Below are positions 13,428 to 29,450 of a stretch of 64,000 nt of DNA, in pieces. The stretch is from the human T2T-CHM13v2.0 reference genome, Homo sapiens, in assembly GCF_009914755.1 (NCBI RefSeq), contig NC_060936.1; one strand, written 5' to 3'. Each line of letters opens with the position of its first letter. Within the stretch, counting starts at the first letter, position 1. The notes under the pieces are model-generated. The model saw only the letters and a program-made list of their open reading frames with translations. It was not told the DNA's origin and did not search any database. The position numbers were made by a program, and so were the translations under genes.

Positions 13428-13957
13428 TCACCCCACTTCCTTCTGATCCATGTTCAGGAAAATTACCACCTTGACCTCTCTGGATCCACCTCTGCTCAGC
13501 CACCATCTGTCAAAGCCTACAAAGGCTTGCAAAGAAGATGTACACCCTCCCAGGTGCTAAAGGACTTAAATTCTCTCTTTGCAAAGCCCACAGCAGTCCT
13601 GCTGTGCAGCCTCAGCCAGAGCTGTGGCAACGTCCTGTTCCTGGGGGTTGACGTTAGCTGTTCCTGTTATACTGTCTTTGATAAGCAAGGCAGGGTCAGG
13701 CTACTGGGCACTGGGAAGGAGGAAAAAAAGATCTTTTTGAAGACTAAGGGGAAAAAAACACACTAATAGGAGAACAAACAAAAAAAAACCATTTAAAATA
13801 CACTGCTTCTTAGAGAGAGGGTCAAGCTTCCACTCTCAAAATATTCAGAGAATGACAAGCAAGAGACACATGAAGTGTGAAGGGTGACCTCTGTGAAGCA
13901 CTGCCTGACATTAGCAGATGCAGGTATTAGCATTTAGCAAGATCTTTTTAAAAATAT

Positions 13958-13998
13958 ACACACATGCACACACACACACACACACACGCCGAGAGAGA
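13958..13998 (+). repeat. (CA)n then (GA)n microsatellite
   Basis: Visible. Confidence 0.9.
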
Positions 13999-14060
13999 CA
14001 GAACTGATTCAAGGATGAGGGCTCCGGTTTTCCTGCACTTTTTGTTTCAACATCATGGAC

Positions 14061-14311
14061 AGCTGGGCGCAGTGGCTCATGCCTGTAATCCCAGCAATTT
14101 GGGAGGCCAAGGTGGGCAGATCGCTTTGAGCTCAGGAGTTCAAGACCAGCCTGGGTAACATGGTGAACCCCATCTCTACAAAAAATACAAAAAAATTAGC
14201 CGGGCATAGAGGCACGTGCCTGTAGTCTCAGCTAGTGAGCTGAGATCACACCACCACACTCCAGCCTGGCCGACACAGTGAGACCCTGTCTCAAAAAAAA
14301 AAAAAAAAAAA
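14061..14311 (+). mobile_element. Alu (J/S) with internal deletion in the right arm
   Basis: tgtagtctcagcta|gtgagctgagatc skips part of the right monomer. Confidence 0.9.
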
Positions 14312-14649
14312 GGCATAATCATCGTGGGCAGTAGCTCTCTTTTATAGATGTGTTCTTGGGATTTCTGAGCTCTGCTCCTGACTTCAAAAAGCCATGGTAA
14401 AAACTGAAGAGGAGGAGGAAAAAGAGAATGAAGTCTGCCTTTTTGAAAGGAAAAAAGAAGGTGTACCTGCTCCTGGAAGTCTGAGGAAGAAAGACTGGAC
14501 TTGGGTGATCTTCTGAGACATTAAACCAAATGCAGCCAGATCCCCTTTGCAGCTGCAGGGCTTTCCTCTCCCTTCCCATCTATAAGCTGAGCCTCCACCT
14601 GGGAAACATGTCCTGCCTCTAAAATCACTTATCTACACAGGGCTGGGAT

Positions 14650-15180
14650 GGAAGTTAAGATCTCAGGCACTGGCGTCAAACAACCTGGCTCCAAGACTTA
14701 CTCACTGTGTGCTCTTGGCTGTGACTTAACTCTAAGCTTCAGTTTTCTTATCCATTCAATCAGGATAATAATAATTACCATATAAAGTCATTGTGAGGAA
14801 TAAATTAGACAACCCATGCAAAGTATCTGGCACAGATCAAATAATTGATCAATGTCAACTTGGTTTCAAATAGTTGATCAATGATGTTGGCTGCGGCTAT
14901 TGATATTGTGGATAATTTATTTAGCACTTACAATGTATAACACAATAGGTAAGTGTTAAATATTGGGCACTTTGATAGGTCAGTGTCCTATAACTTATTA
15001 AATTCTATGAGGTTTAGACTCATTAAACCCTATGAGGTAGTAGTAGTATCCTCATGTCATAGAAGGTGATGAAAGCACAGAGAGGTTAAGTAACTTGCAC
15101 AAGGTCACACAGCTAGTAGGCAGCAAAGCTGGTTCTCAATCCTCAGCCAACTAATTCCAGAGTCTGCGCTCATCACTCTG
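14650..15180. mobile_element. Two MIRs (plus at about 14650-14890, minus at about 14990-15180)
   Basis: MIR cores cttcagttttcttatcc and gcacagagaggttaagtaacttgcacaaggtcacacagctagt. Confidence 0.75.
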
Positions 15181-16369
15181 GCATTATTCTTATGTATGAC
15201 CCTTCCACAATTCAGCTTTTCAAATCCCCACCCAAACCATTATCTCATATTATCTTCCCTATCTCCTGGGGAGAAAAAATGTAGCAGGGACTCACATCAT
15301 TTCTATTTCACAGACTCGAACACCAAGGAGCAGAGCAGCCCAGGGCTCTGGCTACTTCTTGTATTGATTCCAGGGCCATCACCAAACTCCATGAGGATGG
15401 GACAATGTGCTACTTGTTCACCGCTGCGTCCCCAGGGCCTACCCAGTGTCCGGTATGCAGTAACACTTGGGAAGTGTCACCTCAATACCAACTCTTCCCT
15501 GAAACGATACATCCCACAGCCTGCTTCATAATCACTTGTCTCAACCTATGATTAGCAAAAACAGAAAGCCACAGTCAAGTTCAGGTAGAATCCTGGTGTT
15601 ATGTAATATCCAGAACACGGCAGCACGTAAAAGCCCTCAACATCCTTTGCAACGTGCTATCCTGAATAGTAAACCATTAGTAGCCATACAAATGGCTACC
15701 AAACCATTTTTATTGAGTGCTTACTGTATATCAAGTATTTGCTTTATGTATTATAACTCATTACATACTTAACATAATCCTAAGAAGTGTGTGTTATAAT
15801 GATCCCCATTCCCAGATAAGGAAGCACAGATCACTAAGCCCTTTTATGAAAGCAAATGTACAAACCCCGGACCTGCCCTTGCGGCCAGGCTGTCCTGAGT
15901 TACAAGGGTGGACAGCACCCAAGGCCGACTGGTCTGTATCTTGTTAATTCGGGGGCCCCTCAGCCCTGGCCCTAGGCTTCCAGAAGGCATCCAGTATCCA
16001 TACCACCTGGATGTCCCTCTGAAACTTTCCGAGACCCTCTGTGGGATGCACCAGACTCTAGGTCCTTGTCCCTTAGCTAGCCTCCCAACTGCCATCTGTG
16101 TCCCACTGTGAAAACAAGAACCATGCCTTGGAGAAGTCTAGTGCTCACATTCCCATTGGCCTCAGAAGGTGGGGAGTCAATTCCAAAAGGATGACATGGT
16201 TCTGAAGAGTCTGGGACAGCCAACTGGGTCCAGGTCGGCCAGCTTCAAAGCTACCTGTGGATGGGGTGACCTTGGGGTAACTCCAGTATGATGAACTCAG
16301 TCAACCACACACCACCCCTTAAGTTGCTCCTTGAAGCTAATCACCATGGAAGATGAAGACATAAGAGTC

Positions 16370-16810
16370 ACCATTCCTGTCCTTAGAATCCTTCCCATAT
16401 AACCTCTCACCTCCCTCCCCAGTCTCATCTCCTCTTTTCATCTCCCTAATCCTCTTCCAGGCTGACTTCCAACTCACGCTTTATCACAACTATGTGCCTC
16501 ACTACAGGCTTTTCCGTATGCCTGAGCAGACATGTTCCCCCAACCAATTGGTAACTTTCTGGTTTTATACCCAACTCAAATATCTCCTTCACTCTAAAGG
16601 CTTCCCTAACCTTCTCCTATGCTCAGCCTCCAAAACACTGCTTGTTTTACCCTCTGTGCCACCACTGCAGCTGACAGAGTTCTCTGTATCTTATTGCATC
16701 ATGACAATACCTTAAAGACAAGAAGTACATGTGCTCATCTCTAAATCTCTTGTACCTAACATGGGGCTTGGCACAAAGAAAGGGTTCCCAAAACACTTGA
16801 TGAATGAATA
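16370..16810 (+). mobile_element. L2 3' end
   Basis: Ends ggggcttggcacaaagaaagg...cacttgatgaatgaataa. Confidence 0.6.
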
Positions 16811-16890
16811 AGTACATGGGCCTACTTGTTTACAAGCACTCACATCAGAAACTGATGAAAAACAACAGAGGGCTACAGTCAAGGCCTAGG

Positions 16891-17088
16891 ACAGAGGTCT
16901 ACAAACATTTTCTATAAAGGACTGGACAGTAAAGATGTTGACTTCATGGACCACACGGTCTCTGTTGCAACTAATCAATTCAACCATTGTGGTACAAAGG
17001 CAGCTACAGACAATGCATACATGATTAGATGTGACTGTGTACCAGTAAAACTTTAACTAGGCAGCCCACTCTAGTTCACTGGCTCCTG
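16891..17088 (+). mobile_element. MER58A (hAT-Charlie)
   Basis: cagaggtctacaaacattttctataaagg...cacggtctctgttgcaact...gtgactgtgtaccagtaaaacttta. Confidence 0.8.
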
Positions 17089-17168
17089 GATTAGACTATT
17101 CAACACATTTCAAAGTGGCATAAAGCAGACAGGCTCATGCTTAGCAAGTCTTCCTCTATTTTCCTCTA

Positions 17169-17800
<632 letters not shown>

Positions 17801-19261
17801 ATAGCCAGCCAGGCTAGAATAGAAAAGGAACACTGAAAAGGAGAGAGAGAAAGAATATACCATCTCCTAAGAAAGCCTGCGTCATTTCCAGATGATTAAA
17901 AAGATTTTCTCAGAATTCCATCAGACCTCAAGCCTCAAGCCCTTGAGGCAGACGTGGGGAGAAACAAATTTAAGCTATGAGTTAGCAACCGATTCCTCTA
18001 AAAAGACAGCTGCAACTTTGACCACAAACCGGAGATCAGAGAAGACATGATACTGTTTGGGTTTTATGATGATTTTTACTATTATTCTTACTAATACTGT
18101 CATTTCTATTGATAAAGTCTGCCTACTGATAAAATTCTGCCTCATTTTCCTTGAGAAAGAAGGAAAACAGATGAGAAAATTAGCTCAAAGGAAAAACCAA
18201 ACTCCAAGGAAATTTAATTAAATAAATAGATTTCTTGGCTGTGAGAGAAAAGAGATGTGACATGTCCCCAGATCCAACTTCCTCCATGTTCCTGTCTCCT
18301 GGGGAACCGGCAGAGCATGAAAAATCCAAATACCTCCCCCAGAGCAAGAAACGCTGATATTATTATCAATATGCCCTTGCCGCTTTAAATCATGTCTGTT
18401 CGGGCAGAACTTGCTTCATTTCACTCTTTCTTTCTCTTTCCCAATAAATCCACTTGGAAAGGAAGTTTGGATTATTTTTTAGCTCTTTCTTTTTCCATCC
18501 TGGTTCTTAACTGATGCTATCTCTCCAACAGCTTTGAGCAATTTCTTTCCCTCGAGGAGAAGTTTCCCGCTTGTTCCATGTGGGCAGAAATCTCCAACCT
18601 GGCCCACCTTGCAAGAAGCAGGGGCAGGACAGCCCAGGGCACCTCTTCTTTGCCTCTTTGAGACCTGAACCACGTTGCTTGGCAGCTGCCCTTCTTTCTT
18701 CTTCTATAAATTGGGGGCAGGAATGCCAGGCACTTAATTCACACAGGAGACAGCTTGGGAAAATGAAGTCAAGTTGAAAGCAAGGGGGAGAAAAATCCTT
18801 GCAAGACTGCTGGAAGGATTAAATGAAATCATATAGCGAAGACACCTACTAGTAACAATAGTTATTACCCAATAATAATAACAGCAAGGTATTGGTTATC
18901 AGGCACCCACAGCAACTCCATGCAAGACATTGGACTTTGTATATTTGATTTCACTTAATCCTCAAAACAACCCAAGAGGTAGGGACAGTTATTATCTGAA
19001 TTTCCACACATGGAAGTGATGGCTCAGGTGAATTCACTTGCCAAAGGCCACACAGCCAAGTACCCCACACAATCCAAGAACACAGGAGGTACTTAATAAA
19101 TGCTGGTTAAAGCTGAATGCATAGGTCAATTGCCCACTAAGATGTCATCATCCCTTGACTGCCATAACCTTTAGGAACAGCTAACTTGGTTCTATTTTCA
19201 AGGGAGCACCATTTAAGATACTTGAGGGTGGTTTTTTCACCTCCTATAAAACTTGTACTGT

Positions 19262-19567
19262 GGCCGGGTGCAGTGGCTCATGCCTGTAATCCCAGCATTT
19301 TGGGAGGCCGAGGCGGGCAGATTACCTGAGGTCAGGAGTTTGAGACTATCCTGGCCAACATGGTGAAACCCCGTCTCTACTAAAAATACAAAAATTAGCT
19401 GGGTGTGGTGACGTGCACTGTAATCCTAGCTACTGGGGAGGGTGAGGCAGGAGAATCACTTGAATCCAGGAGGCGGAGTTTGCAGTGAGCCAAGATCATG
19501 CCATTGCACTCCAGCCTGGGAGACAAGAGCAAAACTCCATCTCAAAAACAAAACAAAACAAAACAAA
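19262..19567 (+). mobile_element. AluS
   Basis: Full dimer, (AAAAC)n tail, TSD aaaWcttgtacYgt. Confidence 0.95.
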
Positions 19568-20528
19568 TCTTGTACCGTGTCCGCATCCACATGTTTTAGG
19601 GGAGGAAACCAGAGCTACAAGGCAATTTATTTCAACAGAGAAATTCCCCCCTCTTCTTTGCTAATGGCTACAGATAAAGCTACAGACCCAGCGTCATCAA
19701 CAAAAGTAGCAATTGACATTTGTTGAGCACAGAGAATGCAGCAGGGCTGAGCTGCAAGCTTTTATCTGCATCACCTCACTGCGTCCTCAATGCCACCATC
19801 TAAGGAAGATGCAGGTATTGTTGCAGTGTTCCTGTTACAGAGAGCCACGGAGGTCAGGCCAGTAGCTGCCTGATGTCACAGAGCAAGCTGGAGGCAGGAT
19901 GGCATCAGCATTCCAATCTGCCCTTTCCAGAGCCCTAGAGAGCAGGGTGCTCCTTCAGACCCCAGGCCTTGTCTCTAGCCCTTCCTAAGTCATCTCACTT
20001 CTCCCTACTTCTCACCTTCTGCCTTGGGTCCAACCTACTCCTAGGCTATGAAGCCATCCACCAGCCTTACCTAGGCACAGGCCAGTGCACTGCTGCCTGG
20101 GACAACAGGTCACTGCAGGTGATGGGTTTACGTCCCTTGAAAATCAGTCTGAACTCTTGAAGTCCACGGGCTTTCAGACAGACCCAGGAGAGACCAGTGG
20201 CATGACCCTGGCCAAGTGGCTTCTGCACAGCACGTGGGCTCCCAACAAATACCCTGCCTTCCTTTTGCTCTTTCAGAGCCTTCGTGGGGCGGGGGGTGGT
20301 GGAGGCGGGAAGGTGGGGCGGTATGTAGTGGTGGTTTCACCCTAAGTTCTGAGCACAATGCTGGCTTTGTGACTTACCCAAGCTGTGCGGCCTTTGCTAG
20401 GCCCAGGCACCTCTCTGAATTCTATCCCCTCCCTTTTTACAAGGGACGGGACAACTCATAGCTTAGAAAGTTGTAATAAAAATCAAAGGAAGTCATCCAT
20501 GGAAATTCCTCACACATGATGTGTCTAG

Positions 20529-20927
<399 letters not shown>

Positions 20928-21132
20928 AGGGGTGCATTTTAAATCCTCTTTTTCCACATTCAGTGGCATCATGAATATTCAGAAAAGACCACCGGACACT
21001 AAGTCCTTCCTTCATGAAGAAATCTACAAGCTCTTTCATCTCAACCTATTTTGAACCCACCTTGATGTCATAATTCCCCTACCGTGATTTCCCAAAAAAT
21101 CACAGTATCTTGTCTTAGAACCGGCAACACCT

Positions 21133-21432
<300 letters not shown>

Positions 21433-22861
21433 TCACCCAAGAATCCGAAGGACTCGGCTGAATAAAGACCATGATCCGAAGTTAAAAGGAGTTTCAGGTA
21501 AATTCTGCTTCCACCCTCTGGTCATTGGTACAAAGATCAAAGGAAAGTGGATGTAGTTGAGTACAACTCTGTCCTTCTTTCCAAAATCCAAACAAAACAA
21601 GTACACCTTTTCCAGGGCACCGTATGTTACTGACTTCAATACTGAAAGTTTGCAGGCAGCTTTGACATCACAAAATGGTCCAAAAAGATACTGGGGGTGG
21701 GGGGCGGGGTAGGGATTTTTTTTGAGCTATGGTGATTTGAATGAAAAAAGAAACTGTCCTGAGTAGATTGGAGATTTGGCATTTGATAGGCAATAAAATA
21801 AAATAATCAACCCAGGAGGCAACAGGAGAAGCCCAAACATAGCCTTTGAACTCAATGGAGGGGTTTATTCTCCTAGAAAACTTCCCCTGACCTTGCTCGG
21901 GCTGCGGTGAGGCTCCTCCTCTGGGCTTCCCAGCCCCTGTGCTTCCCCAGCCTGAGAAGAGCAATGAGAATCATACTAATAGTAATATATGATAATCACA
22001 CTAATACCATGCACTGAGTACTTCCTACAGCATTTGAGCTGAGACCCAAATAATGAAAAGGAGCTGGCTCACAGAAACAGTATTGCAGGCAGAAGAAACA
22101 AATGCAAAGGTGGGAATTAATTTTTTTATGTTCAAAGAATCCAAAAAAGGTGTCACTGAGTGGATATAGGGATCAATGCAGTAATAGTAACAACAGTTAG
22201 AAGCTGTGCGGGTAAACCAGAGAGCCGTCTTCGAGGGCAGGGATGCAGTTACTGCTGGCAGCTCACTGGCTGGGCATGAAAATCGAACCCGAGACACAGA
22301 GTCCAGGGAAAAAGGGGCTTATGGGCCATCCATCCTGTCCTCAGGCATTTGGCAGACCAAGACACCAGGCTCAGTGAGGCCATGTGGCTGACCCAGGCTC
22401 CCATAACCAGAGAAGTCAGGGGCAGAGCCAGAACCGAAGCATCCTGCCTCCAGCCCTGAGCTCCGTCTGCTGTTGCCCCCTTTCATGGGTGATCAGGAGC
22501 TGTTTATCTGCAAAACTGATGGAAGTTTTAACAAGGTCCCTGGGGAGACAGGGAGAGATGGTGCATGTATGTGTGTGCATGGCGAGTTGGAGGGAGGGTG
22601 GTATATCACGGTTCCTCGCTTTCATCTGGTTCCTGTTAATTGGACTAAAGACCCCTGGGAAAACCATGCTCTGGGCATGATAAGCCAAACCCCAACTCAA
22701 TTATGGTTTTCTGTGCTTTACAGAACCTCAGTGTTCACAAAAGCTCCTGGCTTTCATCTGGCCTCAGAATACAGAAGTTGTCGTCAGTGTCGTCATAATC
22801 ATTATCCTCCTCCTTAGAACCAAAGCGGCTATGTTCCTGGAGCGCTTAGGATCAGTCAAGC

Positions 22862-23078
22862 CAGTGGCTCTCAGCCCAGAGTGATTTTGCCGCAGGGGAC
22901 ATTTGACAGTGTCTGTAGGCATTTTTGATGATCACTACCAGGGGCTAGGGGGTTGGATGCTACTGGCATCCAGTGGGTAGAGGCCAGGGATGCTGTTAAA
23001 CATCTTCCAAGGCATGGGACAGTCCCCACCACAATTTTCCAGCCCCAAATGTCAACAGTGCCAAGGTTGAGAAACCCT
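22862..23078 (+). mobile_element. MER20 (hAT-Charlie)
   Basis: cagtggctctcagcc...gtgattttgcc...tgctactggcatccagtgggtagaggccagggatgctg...gttgagaaaccct. Confidence 0.88.
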
Positions 23079-24668
23079 AGGGGCTAGCCCTTTTTGTGCT
23101 GTAATTGGAGACCACCAAGAAAACCTCCTACTTGGGACCTGAGATGTAATGACTGACATCAGAGAGGATTAACGATGAGCACTGTTGTTAAGCAAGGCCG
23201 CCTACCCTACAGCCTCCAGACAGTCTGCAGTTAGGAAGTACCCTCCGTAAACTGACAACCCCCTACAGAAAATCCCTTTAGTCTAGAAACTTGCCCACTC
23301 TTGGGGAGTAAAAATATTTCCATAAAAGACTATTGGGAAACTTTTCCCAACCTCCCAAATATGTTAAAAAAGATTGCGATTGGGTGCTAACTTTTTTCTG
23401 CTCCAAAGTACTAAAAGGGGTCAGAACACTGTCTTCCATCCACAGGGCAGTAGCATCGTCAAGTTTAGGGCCTGATGGAAGTCACAGGCAACACCCTCAA
23501 CTGTCGGTACCCATCATGGAGTGGACTTCAACAGCTCTGGGGCCCCGAGACCATTCAGTTCCTGTGGAATCTACCTTCCAGAAAGATACTGGAGGCAGAA
23601 CAGGCAATGCCAACACCGTACTTATTAGGAAATGGAGAGAAACCTTTCACTTCACCATTCTCTTTGGGTTGTATGATTCCCAATTCACCCCAGCCAAAAG
23701 GAGCACAGCAAAGTCCCGCTCAGATGGAGAGGTTGTCCCAGACAGAGGCAAAAGCACACATCACCTCCCTTAAACATCACAACACTAAAAGACTCGCTAT
23801 CACGATGCCTGTTTCAAAGACAGAGGTTCCGATAGGGAAGAGGCTGGACCCGTGGCCCAGGCAGGACTCACATCCCAGGCTCAGGACTCATATGCCTTCC
23901 TGACTGTGCCACAAACCAACCAGGGCAGCTGAATGACGCAGCCGGGAGGCCCGGCCCCTTGCCAACTGTGGCCCGTGTCTTTTTTATCAGTGCACCCCAC
24001 TGCAGGGAATGTGGCAAGCACCAGAACACTGATTTCAACTGAAGCAAGTCCAGCCACTTCTCATCGTAGCCATTCTTTAGACAGCCTCTCGGGAGGGCTC
24101 CCATGCAGCTGGGGGTGCCCCAGGCCGGGCCCCAAGCTCTTTCCAGATGTCTCCCAAGGGAATGAAGCCACTGCCTAGAGTTTTTTCTGTCGCTTCGGAG
24201 CTCCCTTTGCATCTCCACTAGTTATTATTTGGAGGCTGCATTTCAATGTTCCTTCTTTACAGTTCATTTTCTCCTCTTAATTGGTCTTGCAGTGTGGCAG
24301 GGAGACCAACGCAAGAGCATCATGACATGAATGCGGAAGGAAGGTGAGTGGCAGCAAGGCCCCGTCGGAGTAGGCTGCTCTGATAGATGCCTCTGCCGTT
24401 CACTAGGGGCCAGCCGGGAAAGAAACCCAGGGTCTCCCCTGGCTTCCAGCCTGCCTGCCGAGAAAGCTCGGTCTGTGAAACAGAATTAAGCCAGCATTAG
24501 TCCCTGCTGTAGCTGGGTCAAGCCCTCCTCCTCTCTCAGACTCAGTTTTTCCTTACTTAAAAGTTGAGATGATCAGACCGAGGTTCCTGCCAGTTTCTAC
24601 ATTACTATGCATCTTGTGCACCGATTTCAAGACAATTTTGACGTCTCCGCTAAAGGAAGCTTATCGGG

Positions 24669-24717
24669 CAGCGCCTCCTGGTGGCCAAACATGACACTGC
24701 GCCATCAAGAGGTGGCC
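24669..24717 (-). promoter_or_regulatory. Candidate CTCF site(s)
   Basis: Minus strand reads GCGCAGTGTC-ATGTT-TGGCCACCAGGAGGCGCTG, a core plus upstream module; a second core-like CCTCTTGATGGCGCAG overlaps the upstream module. Confidence 0.7.
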
Positions 24718-25382
24718 CTGGTCGTATGGTGTCCAAGAAAACACTGGGAGGAAAAGGCATCCCAGTGTCTACGGCCAAGCAGCTACGTGCCCCTAACTTT
24801 TTCAAGCAAGGAGCCTAGGATTGAAAGCAACAATGCAGCCCTGACGCTCAGTTCCTCCACCCTACGTGATCATGATGGCACAAGGTCTTTACAAGTGGAG
24901 CTTGAAAAATCTGTCAGCCCCAGCCACTGAGAGCATCCTGGTATCCGGTTACAAAGCTGGTCTGCCTCATTTCTCCTCCACAAAGTACCAGATAGAGAAG
25001 GAAAGAAACAAAGGCGCTAAAGAAAGAAAATGATCAGATGATGAAGCTAAACTGAGCTCTGTTCCCAAGGACAGGGCTGATGTTGGGGGTAGGGAAGTAC
25101 CGTCTCCCACCCTCCCAACTCAAAGCAACAGGTTCTCTGTGTGGGGAAAGGAGGACCATTTAAGGTTTCCTGTTTGAAGAGTGAAGTCAGTGGGGGAAAT
25201 TCGGAGTGTAGGGCAACCCCACATTTCTGAATCCCATCGGGATGGTGGTCACACTCACCCAAAGAAAGCCACAGACTCCTATATAGGAGTGACCTTCAGA
25301 GAGTACTATCCAGACAGCATCTGTGTACAGCACTCCAAAGACAACGAGATGTGGTCCCCACTCCCCAAAGAACTCAGTCTGA

Positions 25383-25725
<343 letters not shown>

Positions 25726-26102
25726 AGGACCATGTATAATGAAAGTTTTGGGTGAAACTGATGTGGGTTTGAGCACAAGCTCTACCAGGTACTAGCTGTG
25801 TGACCCTAGGCATCTCACCCTCTCTGGGCGTGTGCCTCCTTCCTGCCTTCCCCTGAGCACTTACTATAGGAAGTTCTTGATCAATTACAGCCCCCTATAA
25901 ATGTTGTACCACTTGTGCAAATATTCATTCACCCCCACTACAGAGTTCTCCACAGTCAATGCCTCCCCAGCCTCTTCATGTATTTATTGCCCTCCTCCAA
26001 AAGGAAGTTCTTCTTTACATCAGACCAAAATCTCCCCTGACTTAGACATGTATGTATTTGTTTTAATTGACACTCACTATTTCTAGCTTGGTCTTTTACA
26101 AA

Positions 26103-26325
26103 AAGGGTTAGCAAACATTTTCTCTAAAAAGCTTGACAGTAAATATTTCAGGTTTTGTGGGCCATACGGTCTCTGTCACACTACACAATTCTGATGTTGC
26201 AGCGTGAAAACAGCCATAGACAAAGTGGAAACAAATAGGTATGGCAGTGTTCCAATAAAACTTTATTTACAAAAGCAGGTGGAGGGCTGACTTTGGCCCG
26301 TGGGCTATACTTGGTCAACCCCTGT
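26103..26325 (+). mobile_element. MER58A
   Basis: agggttagcaaacatttt...gggccatacggtctctgtcaca...gttccaataaaactttatttacaaaagcagg...ttggtcaacccctg. Confidence 0.88.
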
Positions 26326-26569
26326 TTTAGAGAGAAAATCTCTCATTATCTGATCACTATCCCTCCCACACGATCTCATTCCTGATACACAGACAGAAAG
26401 TGCTTTGGCTTCACTTCTCTCCCCTAGGGCAAATTATAAAGGCTTCAACCTTCCCCTCCAAGGACATAATTTCTGTGATTAGATTATGACAGTTCATTTG
26501 TTCGTTAATTCATTCAATGATACTTTTGCAACCATGCTAAGTAGTTTGTAGGAAATGAACAAAGTGCTG

Positions 26570-26820
26570 CGTTTAGAGTGTACGGTCTGGAATCAGCCCG
26601 AGCTCAAGTGCTGGTACCCCGCAATTTACTGGCCATGTGACCTTGGTTGGGTACCATGGTTCACCCCTCTGTGCCTTCATTCTCTTATCTGAAAACTGGG
26701 GAATACAAAAGTCCCTGTCTCATGGGGATATCTGACGATTAAGTGAAATAACCCTCAAAATCAGCTCAGAACACCGCCTGACACTCAGTATGTTTTTAAT
26801 ATTTTATCGTTATTATTTTG
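26570..26820 (+). mobile_element. MIR
   Basis: tttactggccatgtgaccttgg...ctctgtgccttcattctcttatctgaaaactggg. Confidence 0.75.
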
Positions 26821-27334
26821 TTTATTAAAAGATGGCTCTTGCTATCTAGGAATTTCCAGTCTAATATGGGAGATTTAGATATCAAAGCAACTACAAGATA
26901 ACTGCCCAATGACTATGGCCGAAGATCGACACAGGTGCAATCAAGGAAATCCTCCCCGCAGTGGTCAGGAGTTGCCTAAGCCATGGGAAGGTTTACTTTA
27001 GAAAGATGCAGCCCAGAAAGTTTTTCCTTTTGAACAGATGCAAAGGGACGGTGAATCAGTGAGAAAACCATTGAAACCTGGGAGGTCAGAGCATCCTGCC
27101 CCACCAGGCATCAGCAGCAGAGAAGAAAGTATCACAGTACAGATGAAAGTAAGCAAACAGGGTTCGAGGAGGATTCTTTTCCTTCAAACTTTCTCATTTA
27201 AGTTACACAACTACTTATTTGTTGCCCAGAAAGACAGAAAATGCAGAAGGGCAAAAGAAAGAAAATCATCACCCTTAACCAAAGAACAGCTATGCTAAAT
27301 ATCCAAGTGGATTTCCTTCCAGACTTTTTTCCCA

Positions 27335-27968
<634 letters not shown>

Positions 27969-27980
27969 TAAAAAATACTA

Positions 27981-28275
<295 letters not shown>

Positions 28276-28969
28276 TTGCTAAGTAACATACCAATGTGGA
28301 TGCAAATTATGGTCAATGCGGTGCTTTCTTTTTCTCTCCCAAACAATAGCTTGGGTACTTCTCACACGAGTGTATAAGTTGGTAATCAGGGAAATAATTA
28401 GAGAAAGCAAAAAGCCACCTGAGTGAAAATCATGACTATAATGAACTGGAGCCATCTCCCCTCAGCATATTTTAAAGGAAGGCAAGAATAATTTTGCTCC
28501 AAATAATAACAAATATTTTCATCCTCCTTGCCCTTTCTGCCTTCCCCCTGCATGTTCCCTGCAAGTTTCAAACATAATCATGCGCCCACAGAAGCCTCCC
28601 ATCCTCCCTCAGGACCGTGGCTGGGAAGGACAGAGATACTGATGGAGAGTCAAATCTGCTGGGAATGTTCCCATCTGTGAAACTGGGCGTGCAGCCTAAT
28701 CTGCCCACCACTCATATGGTTGCGAGGCTAAAACAAGATCACCTGCATGCAGGTGCTTCCTAAAACTGAAGGTGCTCTGCAAATGTGCAGTATTATTTGA
28801 TATTTACATGCAGCCTTTAAATAATTTCTTTTTATCTCAGTTCCAGTGTAAGCTGCTACAAAAGCCCCAAAGGGTTGCTCCCTCAAGCTGAGCAAATGGA
28901 AACACAGGGACCACTCAGAGTTAAGGAGAAAGCCATTCATTCCCACCACTTTTTTATGTGGGAAGCCTC

Positions 28970-29200
28970 CGCTTAACAGGAGTCAGACAGAAATGAGTTC
29001 AAACCCCGCCTCTGACACTTAGTTGCTGTGTGACCACCACCCCCCTCCCAGGCAAGGGCTCTACCTTTCTGAGCCTCAGTTTTCTTACCAGAAAATAGGA
29101 ATAATAATCCTACGGACCTCATGAGGTTGTTGAAGAATTAAATGAGCAGGTGCTGCGTGACTTGGCCCAGTAAGAACTCAATCAATATTTGTCGCTGCTG
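28970..29200 (+). mobile_element. MIR
   Basis: gagttcaaaccccgcctctgacacttag...ctgagcctcagttttctt...gttgtgaagaattaaatgag-like core. Confidence 0.8.
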
Positions 29201-29288
29201 TTATCATCAACCACTAGCATTCACTCAGTCACTCCGTGACTACTTCTTGCATTCCAACTCTGAGCCAGATGCAGGGAGAATTCCAACA

Positions 29289-29450
29289 CAGGGGTTCTCA
29301 AAGCGTGTTCCCCAAACCAGCAGCACCAGCGTCGCCTGGGAACTTGTTAATGCAGATTTCTGGGCACTGCCCCGGACTGGCTGAAGCAGGAACTCTGGGG
29401 GTGGAACCCTCTGGGGGATTCTGATACATGTTGAGGTTTTGAGCACCACT
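29289..29450 (+). mobile_element. MER5A (hAT-Charlie)
   Basis: caggggttctcaaagcgtg...gcctgggaacttgttaatgcagatttc...gattctgatacatg...ttttgagcaccactg. Confidence 0.82.

Noticed and set aside
13036-13506. His/Pro-rich 156-aa ORF and its Trp/Gly-rich antisense ORFs
   Set aside because: These are translations of the (TGGA)n repeat.
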